Shown: in pieces, positions 14,464 through 26,379 of the stretch | Numbering within the stretch: the stretch's first letter is position 1 | Layout: every line of letters starts with the position of its first letter | Assembly: GCA_030390025.1 (NCBI GenBank) | Contig: JASTWF010000036.1 | Location: 2,108,001 to 2,172,000, forward strand | DNA from: Squalus acanthias | Lineage: Eukaryota | DNA: 64,000 nt | Direction of reading: 5' to 3' | Translations under genes and position numbers: made by a program | Notes under the pieces: generated by a model | The model's database searches: none | What the model saw: the letters and a program-made list of their open reading frames with translations, nothing else | What the model was told of the DNA's origin: nothing

Positions 14464-14998
14464 ACAACAACACCTTGCATTTATATAGTGCCTTTAACGT
14501 AGTAAAATGTCCCAAAGCGTTTCACAGGAGCGATTATCAAACAACATTTGACACCGAGCCATGAAAGGAGACGTTAGGGACAGGTGACCAAAAGCTTGGT
14601 CAAAGAGGTAGGTTTTAAGGAGCGTCTTAAAGGAGGAGAGAGAGGTAGAGAGGCGGAGAGGTTTAGGCAGGGAATTCCAGAGCTTAGGGGCTTGGCAGCT
14701 GAAAGCACGGCCACCAATGGTTGAGCGATTATAATCAGGGATGCTCAAGAGGGCAGAATTAGAGGAGCACAGATATCTCGGAGGGTTGCGGGGCTGGAGG
14801 AGGTTACAAAGATAGGGAGGGGCGAGGCCATGGAGGGATTTGAAAACAAGGATGAGAATTTTGAAATCGAGGCGCTGCTTAACTGGAAGCCAATGTAGGT
14901 CAGTGAGCACAGGAGTGATGGGTGAACAGGACTTGGTGCGAGTTAGGACACGGGCAGCCAAGTTTTGGATGACCTCAAGTTTATGTAGGGTGGAACGT
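14464..14998 (-). mobile_element. L2-clade LINE 3' fragment
   Basis: ORF 14494..14961 (AARVLTRTK...ITPVLTDLHWLPV...FKILILVFKSLHGLAPPYL...LWNSLP) is a typical L2 C-terminus; tail ctatataaatgcaag(GTT)n. Confidence 0.92.
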
Positions 14999-15599
14999 AG
15001 TTAAAGGGAAGGACAGTGTAGGAAACACAATACATAAATGCACCAAGCCCAACGATACAGCTAAGAAAATCAATGTACCGCGAATGTTTTTAATGTTGGA
15101 ATTGTGTCATTTAACTTTCCAAGCGAGTGGGATCCTTTCCTGCGATGTGCTAATAATTGGCTATTTCATCTCCATCCCCTTTAATATAAGGTTTTCTTTT
15201 TTTAACTAGAGGCATAGCGAAGGGTTTTTGCAGAACTACTTGACTCAAAGACCCAAAGCAAACCAAGCTCCCCTTAAAATTAACGATGGCAAGACTAGTA
15301 AAAAAAAAGACCATTCGGCCCGTCAAAGCTCATTCCTCTGGTACCTTAACTCTCCCATTATAGAATTCAGCTGAATCCCTAATGCTTTTGCCTGGCTAAT
15401 CACTCTAAGAAGTTCTAAGGTCAGCTCCGAAACTATTGTGCACACTACACTAGTTTAGAAATCTCACCCTGCTGCAATAAAAGCATAAATACATTGATGA
15501 AGGTGCAAGCTGCAGCCCAGATTATACAGCACTGGCACAGCTCGCTCATCCTCATGTACACCAATTTACCATTAATGGGATCAGAGTTTAGGGGCGAGA

Positions 15600-15828
15600 T
15601 GAGATTTTCTTTTTTTAACGAAGCGTGTTGTTGTGATCTGGAATGCACTGCCTGAAAGGGTGGCGGAGGCAGATTCAATCGTGGCTTTCAAAAGGGAATG
15701 GGAAAGGAAAAATTTGCAGGGGGCTGTGAGGAACGAGTAGGGGAGTGGGACTAATTGGAGAGCTCGTTCAAAGAGCCGGCACAGGCACGATGGGCCGAAT
15801 GGCCTCCTTCTGCGCGGTATCATTTTTA
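15600..15828 (+). mobile_element. CR1 3' end (similar short ends at 2537-2621, 4205-4358, 17428-17754, 26995-27213, 51984-52195 on +, and 61511-61826 on -)
   Basis: Shared gggccgaatggcc...tcctgctcct / ccttctg 3' UTR motif and WNALP-coding sequence. Confidence 0.85.
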
Positions 15829-17571
15829 CGGCTTGGAAAAAGGATCCTTAACACAATCCTTGAAGCAGGCCATTGGTTAGAACTAATCACCTCTAACTGC
15901 GCAAAACGGGAATGGGCAGAGGATTGGAAGGGGGGCGGAGAAAGGGTGAATTCTTGGGGTGTGTGTAAAGGAGCACGATAAAAAGAAACTGTAATTTGAA
16001 GTTGTGTTTTTCTGTTAGTGTTCCCACAGAGGACATTAAAAAAAGAAGAAAACTGAAACCGCACTAATCTCTACAGCATCGTCATGGCAGCAACAGACAA
16101 ATCAAATCATGGTAAGATCACAACTGTACAAGGTCATGGACTCCACCTAGTGAAGGTTTGAACTCAAATCAACCTGGATATTTTACAAAACAAAAAAAAA
16201 CTAATCACGGTTAAAAAGACATTTGATGTGTAATCTTCTCCTCTCTCACTCTGAGCAGTTTCAGAATGCTTAAATAATGATTTGCTATAGTTGCACTTTC
16301 AAAAAAATAAGCTCTCTTTCCTGTATCAAAATAAACCTCTTTTCCACAGATTCTGCCACCGGGTTTGGTATGTCTGGTTAACTGAAGTAGAAAGTTTATC
16401 AAAATAGCTGTGTTTTTTTTTCTTTCTTTGTTGAATGTCTTACAAATAAAAGGAAAAACTTTTGTGTGTTTTTTTTTTCTCCAAATCTTGTGCAAAAATT
16501 TCTCTCTTTTTTGTTTTCCCTCCAGAGCAGTCTGGTTTCTGGTTCACACCGATTCAGGAGAGCTGATTCTTTTCATGTTCTCACTCTCGCATCTGTAAGG
16601 AAAGAAAAGAGACTTAAAATAGATCTGTGCCCATCGCTCCTTTTATTACTTGTTCTCGAGATAGATGGTGGGCGACCTCGCCCCTGAGTTGCCCTGAAGT
16701 GGTGGTGGGCCGCCTTGTCTAGTTTCATTGTGTTTCTCCCCTACAATTGAGGGGTTTGCTTACCCACTTCAGCCTCAAGCACATAGCGTAGACCAGGTAG
16801 GGATGGCAAGCTCCCTTTCCTGAAGGACATTAATGAACAAGTTGGGTTTTTAGCAGCTTCCATGGTCGATCTTTTATTTCTGGTGCCAGCCCACAAGTTA
16901 CCAGATTGATGTCAACTTTACAATTTGCCTCAGGTGGGACTTGAACTCTGGACCTGTAGGTTGCTAGTGGAGTACCACAAGTACCACTACTGTACCTCTT
17001 TCCTTATGCTGGAGTGTGGTTCCAAGGGTATGTATCATCTACCCTCTGGTACCTCACCCACGTGGCTGTTCATGTGCGAGTCTCACAGCGAGTGTCTGTG
17101 GTCACACGCTTGCCCTCGTTACTGCCTTGCTGAGATTTTTTTTCGCTTTATCTAAAGAATGATTTCAGTACGGTGTGAGTAACCTTAAGAATGACTTTTT
17201 CTAGCCAAGTATTTGACCATGACAAACTAGGGTTAAAGAGTGCCTGTCTCCCAGCACTGTGCTTATGGGTGAGTCCCAGGATCTGAGCTCTTTGATGCTA
17301 GTTTTGAGAATTAGCCTTAAGCTATGGCGAGAGCTCTGAGGACTGAACCATATGTTTGTTCTGAGCTCAGGGTGATAGGGAAAGGAAGGATGGAAATAGA
17401 GTGGAATCTAGAGATGTACATCCTCAAGGTATCAATCGATGGATTTTTGGATATTAAGGCAATCAAGGGATATGGGGATAGTGCAGGAAAGTGGAGTTGA
17501 GGTCAAAGATCAGCCATGATCTTATTGAATGGCGGAGCAGGCTCGAGGGGCCGAATAGCCTCCTCCTGCTC

Positions 17572-17726
17572 CTATGTTCCCTCTAAGCTGCGTGGCTCTC
17601 TGCCAGTCCCATGCAGTCCGGGACCGGCTTTTCAAATGTGAAATTTCACGCATGCGAGAAACGTTGAATGGGTCGCACAGCCTGTTAAAAAGACCGTGCA
17701 CCCAAAAAAGTTAGGGGGAATCATTA
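17572..17726. mobile_element. hAT-like MITE family A (about 155 bp) inserted in a CR1 3' UTR
   Basis: Degenerate TIR C(A/T)ATGTTCCC...GGGAA(T)CATT; perfect 8-bp TSD TCCTGCTC at 17564-17571 and 17727-17734. Confidence 0.82.
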
Positions 17727-18413
17727 TCCTGCTCCTATTTCTTATGTTCTTATGTGCTGAGGTCTGAAACTGAAGATTGAGTTCTAAACCTATGTTGTAG
17801 CCCATTTCTACTTGACTTTTGTATGCTACCCAGCTCTGATCACACTTTCCCTGTTCTCCAGGTTGTTTTTGCTCATTCTCTAGTCTCATTTCCCCTTCTT
17901 CCTGGGTCAGAGTCTTGACTTGTTCAGACTGTCCAATCGTTCAATAAATAACGTTGGCCAGATTCTCAGGTCCTCGGGTTAAAAAGCTTGGCATCAAAAC
18001 ACAGCTTTGTTCCAAGTGTCGTGCGCAGGTTTGTACCCATCATTCCTTGCCTATTGGCTGGAAATACCTCAGTAATATTGGGGACATGGCTTTGGTTGTG
18101 GGATAAATGTCACATTGCGCAGGAAATTTCTAGCCAATAGAAAATCCAGCCACGGCATTGGGGAGGCCTCAGGTCAGGCCTTGCCACCAGGAGGAAAAAA
18201 AACGGGAAGACAAGGCCCCTCTCGTGCACTTCATAGCAGATGGCATCAAGAGTGGCATTGGCAACGGCCCAGGAACAGGTGGGAGTCTAGAGAGAATGTA
18301 GGACAGGAGGAAGGAAAACATAATGAACAAAAATGTGAGGATTAAAGGCTGAGAGTAACCGAACAGGTGCAACAGAAATTCTGTACTGATAGGATTAGCC
18401 TCCTACCTCAGGT

Positions 18414-18494
18414 TTACTTGTTGTGCTGGTAGGAATAGGTTGCATGTTCAGAGGATGTTTCCATAGCAACCTGCTGCTGCTGGCCACTGGGTTC
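18414..18494 (-). CDS. RBMS2: RBMS2-like last coding exon (stop TAA at 18416-18414; exon continues 7 nt to the donor at 18407)
   Basis: ttttcccattacag|GAA...AAG TAA acctgag|gtagga gives EPSGQQQQVAMETSSEHATYSYQHNK*, matching RBMS1/2-type C-termini. Confidence 0.93.
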   Translation of the reverse strand, partial: EPSGQQQQVAMETSSEHATYSYQHNK

Positions 18495-19344
18495 CTGTAA
18501 TGGGAAAATATGAAGCTGTCACACAAACTTTCCAGTTTCATTTACAGTAAAGACTTGATGAAAGAAAAAAAAGGAACGACGGAGACGTTGAGAAATCGCA
18601 CAAATGATTGGAGTTCGAAAGCCGTGAGCCCAGTGTTCTCTCCCTCCCCCACACAAAGTACTGATCCAAAGACAAGGTGAGTTAACATCTCCGGAACCCA
18701 ATGTGCAGCAGATTATCTTTTAGAACATGGATTTGACCAAGCACATGATTCACAGCAGGTGGAACTAATTTAAGGCCCAATTTAAGCAGCTCGTCTAAAG
18801 CTCCAGTTCCATCTCCTGGTCCATGGAGCGCACGCAGCAGCTGGTATGCTGTTGCCAACGGTTGTGTGATATGCAAGAGCAACGCAACAGAACCAGGAGA
18901 TGGTCTATTGGTTTAAACTTCCAGGTGCCTCTATCCTGGCTCTTGGCAAATTTGCTATTTCCCAGGACTCAGTAGATCACTGAGGAGGGTCTCCTTGCTC
19001 CAATGGTGGGGAGGGGCTAGGTGGCCTTGCACATCTGAGGCCCAGGTTCACATGCCACCCAAAGTGGCGAAGGTCCATCAGCAGTATATATGAAATGAGT
19101 TTGGCCAGTAAACTGGTTTCCTGGTAGGTGTGGGCCCAACTACCCATAAATCAGCACTCAACTGCCATACTCACCCAGAAGGGCTGAGAGGATGGGAGAC
19201 AGCAAGAATTACAAACGTTTTAAGGTTGGAGTTTGGGCACTGTGGAGGAAGTACTTCTCTGTATCTAACCTGTGGTACAGTTAATCTCAAAGTGCTTAAT
19301 ATTGATAGTGGATACTAATTTTGAAAAAGAAATCTATTCTCTGG

Positions 19345-20040
19345 GACTGACTTGGTTAGCAATTTAATGTGGAGAAGTGTGAGGTAATACATTTTGGGAG
19401 GAAAAGCTCCAGGGTGAGATACCTAGGGGTTCAAATCCATTATTCCAGAAAGTGGGAGTGCAGGTAGATAAAGTCATCAACAAGCCAACAGCATTTTGGA
19501 CTTTATAAATAGGGGCATAGAGTACAAGAATACAGAAAGAACGCTAAATTTATACAAAACATGGGTTAGGCCACAGTTACGGTTTTGAGCAGCCCATTAT
19601 GGAGAGGACATTCAGGCCTTAGAGAGTGTACAGCGTAGATTCGCCAGGGGGAGGACAGGGATGGGAAACTCTCGTTAGGAGGAGAGACTTAAGATACTGG
19701 AACTATTTCCACTGGAGCAGAGCAGGAGCTTTAATAGAAGAATGTAAAAAATATGAAGGGTTTTGCGAGTGAATGGGGAACAATTCCTCCAATTGGGGAG
19801 CCATCATTTGAAAATGATCAAGGGAGTGAGGAGAGGGGTTAGGAGAAATTTCTTTACACACAGGGTCGTTGGAGCATGGGATGCTCGAAGCAGAGACCAT
19901 TGCACATTTTAAGGGGATACTGGATAAATATTTGACGTAGAGGAAGCTACAGAGCTAAGAGGAGAGAGCAGGGCAGTGGGATCAGTTTGGATTGCTCCAG
20001 CACAAACGCGATGGGACGAATGACCTCCTTTTGTGTTCTA
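19345..20040 (+). mobile_element. Old, degenerate CR1 3' fragment
   Basis: Decayed similarity to the CR1 C-terminus (tttaatgtggagaagtgtgaggtaatacattttggg...ttctttacacacagggtcg) with stops and deletions. Confidence 0.8.
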
Positions 20041-20084
20041 CACCACAAGAAAAGGCAGCGGGTCTCGAGTATGAAGGAACTTAC

Positions 20085-20165
20085 CTCGACAGACACGTTG
20101 GAGGGAGGCATTGGGTTGTACTGGGGAATGTACGTCCCTTGTATTGCTGTGGTGGCAGGCATGTA
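20085..20165 (-). CDS. RBMS2: RBMS2-like coding exon (81 nt)
   Basis: tcttcttccag|TAC...GAG|gtaagt gives YMPATTAIQGTYIPQYNPMPPSNVSVE, within ORF 19947..20162. Confidence 0.94.
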
Positions 20166-22233
20166 CTGGAAGAAGATGTAGAAACAAATTGATTATCACA
20201 AGCAACAGACAAGCTCCACAGCTATTCTTTGGCCCTATTATGGGCACAAATACTGAAGAATGCCAATGAAATAAACTGCAATACAACCTTTGGCTGATGC
20301 CCGTGGGCTGAATCCCAGCACAGGCTGGTACCTCGAGGAGAGGATGGTGGGAAAGAGGCAGGAAGAAAATGTAACCATGGAGCCTAAAACAGCAACACTT
20401 TTTTTGTTGGCGGTATGTCATCAAACCTGCATTCTTATTTAATACGAAAATTGTATTTTCCACAAGATACCAGCATTCTTTAAAAAAAAAGCAGGATGGT
20501 ATCTCATCACATCCCCCAGAAACATTCCCAAAGCACTTCATAGACAATGAATGACTTTGAAGTTTTGGTAGGTGGGCAACTATTTCGAGCAAAGCAAGAT
20601 CCCACGGGCAGCAATGTCAACGACCAGATCACGGTGTTGGTTGAGGGAGGAATCTTCCCTGGGAGGACGTCTTGCTCTTCTTTCAATAGTGCCATGGGAT
20701 CTTTTACATCCACCTGAACAGGCAGACTCTCACTGTGGCACTCTCAGTACTGCATTGGAGCGCCAACCTCTACTGAGCCCTGGAGTGGGGCTTGTCCCGT
20801 TCTCTTGGCTTTGGTGCCTAGGAGACCACTTTCTATGCTAATTATAATATTAAAATGGCTTTGGTGACTGCCAATAGTGTGAAGTAATATAAATGAGTCA
20901 ATTGTCCACTTGGGGAGGTCAAGTGCTGTACCAGCTGCAATGAGCCCACACACTACTGAGGATTTTCCCTGCGGATAGTATTGGCTACACATAAGCAGCG
21001 ACTGATATGCAGTCTCACCTGCTCTTTCTAATGCCTCCTCACATTGACTGGTCTAGGTTAGAGGCAGCTGGCATGGATGTGGTTGACTGGTTACAAAGTT
21101 TGCAGGTGATTTTCATTCGCACTTCACTATTGTTCATTGGAGGAAAGGCTCACCAGGGGAGGGAGTGACCACAACAACAACTCGCATTTCGATAGCGCCT
21201 TTAGTAAAACGTCCCAAGGCCCTTTTGCAAGAGCGTAATCAAACAAAATTTGACGCCGAGCTACATAAGGAGATATTAGGGCAGCTTGGTCAAAGAGGCC
21301 GGTTTTAATGAGCGTCTTAAAGGAGATAGAGAGGTATAGCAGGCAGATGGGGGCCTTGGTTTAACATCGCATCCGAAAGACAGCACCTCCGACAGTGCAG
21401 CACTCCCTCAGTACTGCACTGGAGTGTCAGCCTAGATTACATGGTCAAGTCTCTGGAGCAGACTTGAACCCATGACCTTCTGACTCAGAAGTGAGAGTGC
21501 GACCAACTGAGCCAAGCTGACACTTCAGGTTGTGGGTTTACAATGGCCTTCTCCTCTGTTTAAAGAAAAATTACTACCAGACCCCCCGCCCCCCCCCATT
21601 GGCTCAACTACATAAGTTCACCCCCTAGTGTGCAACCGAGCTATACAGTCAAGGCCAAGAAGATCCCAGGTTCGATACCTGCTCTATGCTGAGTTTGCTC
21701 GTCTCCACCATGGTGGCTGCTACAATTGGCCCTCAGTGCGAGGGAGAGGAAAAATATGGTTGGACTTCCCACTCCTGCTCGAAAATCCAGTAGGGCACTG
21801 GTGGTGGCATCCTCCAGCATCTCACCCAGGAGGTCATCCTTCACATGTCAGCTTAGGCGATAAATGTTGGAAGGCTATTTGGCCACAGGGGACAGAACAG
21901 CCATGGCCGGTCCCATGTCCACGCACATGCACTGTCCAGCAGCTTCCGCATGCTGATTTCAACACCCCTTCCCTGCCCCCCCGCCCCTCCCCAGCTCTGG
22001 AGGGCCGAGTCCAACTGTAGCAGCCTAGTTGAGAACAGCCAACACAGATTGGGGATCTAACCTGAGACTTTCAAAGTCAATATGGCTCAATACCACTGCG
22101 GGCATTGTATTTCTCAGCTGAGCCGTTGTGAGCCCTTGATTTACAATGAAGAAGAAACTGCTTTCAGGTTAGTTATGTACTCACTTACTTTTCCCCACGA
22201 TCCCAGAGCACTACCAGTGTAGGCAGCACTTAC

Positions 22234-22344
22234 CGTTCCTGTGCTGCCCAGGGAGAGGTGACTAAGCTGTTGGGTTAATGGTCCCATCATCGATGTGGGC
22301 TGGATAGACATGGTGTGGTCCATCGTGGGTGTTATTACTGTTCC
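22234..22344 (-). CDS. RBMS2: RBMS2-like coding exon (111 nt)
   Basis: tgtttttgaag|GGA...ACG|gtaagt gives [37 protein letters not shown], within ORF 22141..22356. Confidence 0.95.
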
Positions 22345-22956
22345 CTTCAAAAACAAACATGACCAACTGTTAAGAGCTTTTTATATTTCCATTCTCCTGG
22401 AAGCAGTAACTCACATTGGGAACATATGCCAAGGCTGTCAGAAGCCCTGGAGTGCTCATTTAACAAGTGTGAGGCTGACAGCGAATGCTGAATAAGGCAG
22501 ATAAGTTCCTTATCAAGGCTGGGCAGTCAGAGGGATGAGGCGGCAAGTAGAGGCCTGGGCACCTCCAGGTGCTGGTTAAAGGGCAGTATTGTCAAGGATT
22601 GGTTGCCAGTCACTCTCTTGACTGGGGATTGGTTCATTCTTACAAGAAAGGAAGAGAAAACATTGGCTGGAGGGCTGGGGGAGGGCGGAAAGTCAGCCAG
22701 GATTCAAGCTCCTGATTGTTCGCAAGTGGGTGGATGTCGGGCGAGGACCTGGATGGCCATGGCGGTTCTCCTGGCGTTTGTTGTTACCCTGGTGAAGTGG
22801 GCACATCAGGTGAACAGGACCAGGCTCAGCTGGAAGGCCAAAAGAACTCCAGAAAGGTGGCAACATCATCAGGGGAGGAGGGGGGAAAATTAAGGGTGGG
22901 CAAAAGGACGTTTACTTTATAAAATGGAAGGGGAAAAAAGAATAAAGGAAGCTTAC

Positions 22957-23007
22957 CATAGGCTGCATAAGGTACGACTGATGGTGCATCCAGGATGGGC
23001 TATGGAC
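22957..23007 (-). CDS. RBMS2: RBMS2-like coding exon (51 nt)
   Basis: catccacag|GTC...ATG|gtaagc gives VHSPSWMHHQSYLMQPM; SWMHHxSYLMQP is closer to RBMS2 than to RBMS1 or RBMS3 as I recall them. Confidence 0.93.
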
Positions 23008-23032
23008 CTGTGGATGACGTAAAGAGAATATT

Positions 23033-23343
23033 CAACAACAACTTGTATTTATATAGCGCCTTGAACGTAATAAAACATCCCAGGGTGCTTCACAGGAGCG
23101 ATTATCAAACAAGATTTGACACCGAGCCACATAAGGAGATATTAGGACAGGTGACCAAAAGCCTGGTTAAAGAGGTAGGTTTTAAGGAGCGTCTTAAAGG
23201 AGAAGAGAGAGGCGGAGAGGTTTAGGGAGGGAATTCCAGAGCTTCGGGCCTCGGCAGCTGAAGGCACGGCCACCAATGGTGGAGCGATTAAAATCGGGGA
23301 TGGTCAAGAGGCCAGATTTGGAAGAGTGCAGAGATCTCGGAGG
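23033..23343 (-). mobile_element. L2 LINE 3' fragment (further copies at 21170-21337, 27888-28062, 39625-39993)
   Basis: Near-identical to 14464-14780; (GTT)n tail. Confidence 0.88.
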
Positions 23344-24782
23344 ATATCTGTTCATCATCTCCCAACGCACATATCCAACACATAGCAAGAAAGGGAAGTG
23401 AAATATAGATTTAGCTTTAAAATACAGATTGAGAAGTGATGGTTACCCTGGTTGATGTGTAAATGTGTCCAAAATCATCAACTGCCCCATGTGAGCTTTG
23501 ATATCAATTTGTTGCTTAAGGTAATGGTTGCACAGAAGAACTTTTAGGAACAGGGACAAGCCCCACCCTTTCAGAGATTAACCCCACCATTTCCCCATAT
23601 CCTTCACTCCATTCTTGCTTATTATATTGCACAATGGTCTTCTCTGATAAGTCTGGACGAACACTTCCGCCAGTCTTCTCTTCTTACTCCTAACTCTTAA
23701 CTCTTGTTAAACTTGTTCCCCCTGGGATTTGAACCCTCCGCTGTCACTGGCAGGGGGTGGGGGGGGGGGGGGGGGCGGGCGGGGAGTTAGGGACACACAT
23801 GGAGCAGCAAACTATGGGGAGTGGGAAATATGGAACTGCAACCGAGTAGGTCAGTAAAACCCTATTTCATCCAATTGTCATTTACAGCAGGGCGCAGTGG
23901 AGAAGAGGCTGGATCTAAAACCATTGAAATTTAAGTTAAAAAAAATGCCATTTCAACGAAACAGAAAGTGTAATAGTTTTTCCCTCTCTGCACATCAAAA
24001 ATACTCACTGTGCGAAGAGTACTTTGAGACATTTGAGAGTTGTGTTAAGGCACTACATATAAATGCAAATTCTTTTCCACTGGTTGCCTGTCCACCACAT
24101 AACCCAGGGAATGGTGTTTGGTACAGGTCAGGCATATGGAGGAGCAAAAGAAAGGACGATAGGGGAGGGGGAAAAAAGCATCACACTCAATTACGAAGGA
24201 TAGCTTCATAAAACAACACAGCAATAAAGATCGGGAGGTGTTTTATTGGGTAAATTTCTCCAATTCCCAATAGGAAATATTGGTTCTAGTTGAGTGAATC
24301 ATAAAATAAATCTGCAGCTAGTGGATTTCCCATTACTGTTAATGTCCCTCTCACATTCTTTGACAGGAGAATAGAGAAAGCTTGAGACAAACCCTCGCCC
24401 ACATCTAGCCTCCAACATGAATCTCGGGTGACACGGCAGTGCAGTCCTGCGGGAGTGCTGCATTGTTGGAGGTGCCATCTTTTGGATCAGATGCTGAACT
24501 GAGGGGCCCACCTGCCTGCGCCATTAGATGTGAAAGATCCCATGGCACGATTCAAAGACAAGCAGCGAATTCTCCAAGTGTTCTGGACAAGTTCTTTCTT
24601 TCATGTCTTTCTCTATTGCAATGCTCCTCCATTGCTCCTTTCTAACCCATTTGTTCTCAGGACCTCAAAACAGTGGACCTTTTTTTTTCCAAATCTACAA
24701 ACCTTCAAAACCCCAAGCTTGGTATCACTCAATAACTAAGATTTGCCTCACCTTCTCTCCTACTATTTTCAACCTCCTGCAC

Positions 24783-25145
24783 TAGGGTTGCCATCTCTGC
24801 TTGGGCATATTCCTGGAAATTTCATCACATGACCTTCCACCTCAAACTGCCCCGCCCCCACACTCCCGCCATTGGTCCATCCTACAATGCCAGTGCCCAT
24901 ACTGCCTTCCGACGGCCAATTGGAAAGCGAAGAGACTCTTTGTTAACCGATTGGATGATTCTTGACTGGCAGTCTGACAGCATTTTTTCCCCATCTCCAA
25001 TATTTATGGAACTAATAAATCAAAGAAAATGAAAAAAAAAGACTTTTTTTAATGCCCTGATGCGTTTTCGCCAAGGTTTGCTTGCAGGAGATTAATCTTC
25101 AATTCCTGGAGCCTCCAGGACAATCCTGGAGAGTTGGCAACCCTA
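24783..25145. mobile_element. hAT-like MITE family B (about 330-360 bp; other copies 31325-31650 and 36408-36742)
   Basis: TIR TAGGGTTGCCA/TGGCAACCCTA with flanking duplication cctgcac. The 36.4-kb copy is flanked by ggcagcag/ggcaacag (8 bp). The three copies are internally homologous. Confidence 0.8.
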
Positions 25146-25215
25146 CCTGCACTTGAGGCCTGAGGCCTTCACTTAGAATACATAGGGTATTGTGGAGTAA
25201 TCCCCAAGCACTCAC

Positions 25216-25309
25216 CTGATACGAGGACACAGGAGAGGTGATGTATGGCGAGATGGATGTCTGTGCGATCATCCTGTTTGGAGCAATACTGTATGGACTG
25301 GAATAAAAT
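25216..25309 (-). CDS. RBMS2: RBMS2-like coding exon (94 nt)
   Basis: ctctcactctag|A TTT...TAT CAG|gtgagt gives [31 protein letters not shown]. Confidence 0.94.
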
Positions 25310-25389
25310 CTAGAGTGAGAGAGGACACAGACAGATTTTAGGCATTGTTAACCACTTATTTATTTTGATGCTCCCCTATTGTTCCTTTG

Positions 25390-25698
25390 AATCACAGAAT
25401 CCCCACAGTGCAGATAGAGGCCATTTCGGCCCATCGAGCCTGCACCGACACATATCCCACCCTATCCCTGTAACCCCACGTATTTAATCCCCCCTAACAC
25501 TAAGGGTCAATTTATCATAGCCAAATCAACCTAACCCGCACATCTTTGGACTGTGGGAGGAAACCGGAGCACCCGGAGGAAACCCACACAGACACAGGGA
25601 GAATGTGCAAACTCCACACAGACAGTCACCCGAGGCCAGATTTGAACCCGGGTCCTTGGCGCTGTGAAGCAACAGTGCTAACCACTATGCCACCGTGT
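25390..25698 (-). mobile_element. HE1-like V-SINE (elasmobranch SINE)
   Basis: tRNA-like head (cacggtggcatagtggttagcact...ccgggttcaaat), V-domain (gtgtggagtttgcacattctccctgtgtctgtgtgggtttcctccgggtgctccggtttcctcccacagtccaaagatgtg) and CR1-like 3' tail. Confidence 0.88.
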
Positions 25699-26332
25699 TG
25701 TCCTTGTTGCTTCCCATTTCCACTCTAATCCTGCTTGATTACAACCATGGGAAGCCCTGCCCCACAAATACTATGTGAATCCCAATGATACTGTCCCTTG
25801 TTTAACCCATGCTTCAACGGTGCAGGAAGGAATAGTGTCTCCTTTCCAAAGAGGCCCTGGAAATTCCCGTGCCAATGTAAAAAGGGGCAGAGACCTGCTG
25901 ATCCCTTGTTCCTGACCTCTGCACCTGGGGAACTGGGGACTCGACGGGGGCAAAGGTCACAAAAAGTCACCCTTCACCCAGCTAGGCCCACGCACGAATG
26001 GTCACTTCGGCGAGGAACTGGTGGGCAGCTGGTCCCCATGGAGCTAAACCCCAACGGGAGTCATCAGCTTCAGGAGAAGAGGGGGACCACTTAGAAAAAA
26101 GAAATCCTTTATTCTGTGGGGGTTCCACAAGTAGCTCTGTGATAAAAAAGGATCGCCTCAGAGGCCCTGGGTTTTCTGGTGGCTGAATCGATAATGGGGA
26201 GCGGGAGCCAGTTGCTTATCCTCCCTCTTAGCCAGGGGAATAGGTGATGCTGGGGTTAAGGCATTCAAAGAGATGGGAGAACTTTAAAACTACATCGGAA
26301 AAAACGATCACAGATGAGGCTAAACTACTTAC

Positions 26333-26379
26333 TCATTTTGCAAAGCAGTCGTTGGGTCATAGGTCAGTGTCATTCCACC
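26333..26379 (-). CDS. RBMS2: RBMS2-like coding exon (47 nt)
   Basis: ttgtcctctcag|GGT GGA ATG...AAT GA|gtaagt gives GGMTLTYDPTTALQN(E); LTYDPTTALQN is the RBMS2-type motif as I recall it. Confidence 0.93.

Larger units (their letters stand above)
9980..16592 (-). other. RBMS2: RBMS2 terminal non-coding exon / 3' UTR (acceptor well supported, 3' end uncertain)
   Basis: Strong acceptor tctcttttctttccttacag|ATGCGAG at 16592. U-rich UTR-like blocks at 15980-16590 and 11280-12120. Candidate AATAAA signals at 12385-12380, 12245-12240, 10771-10766 and 10003-9998; ATTAAA at 5766-5761. Confidence 0.6.
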
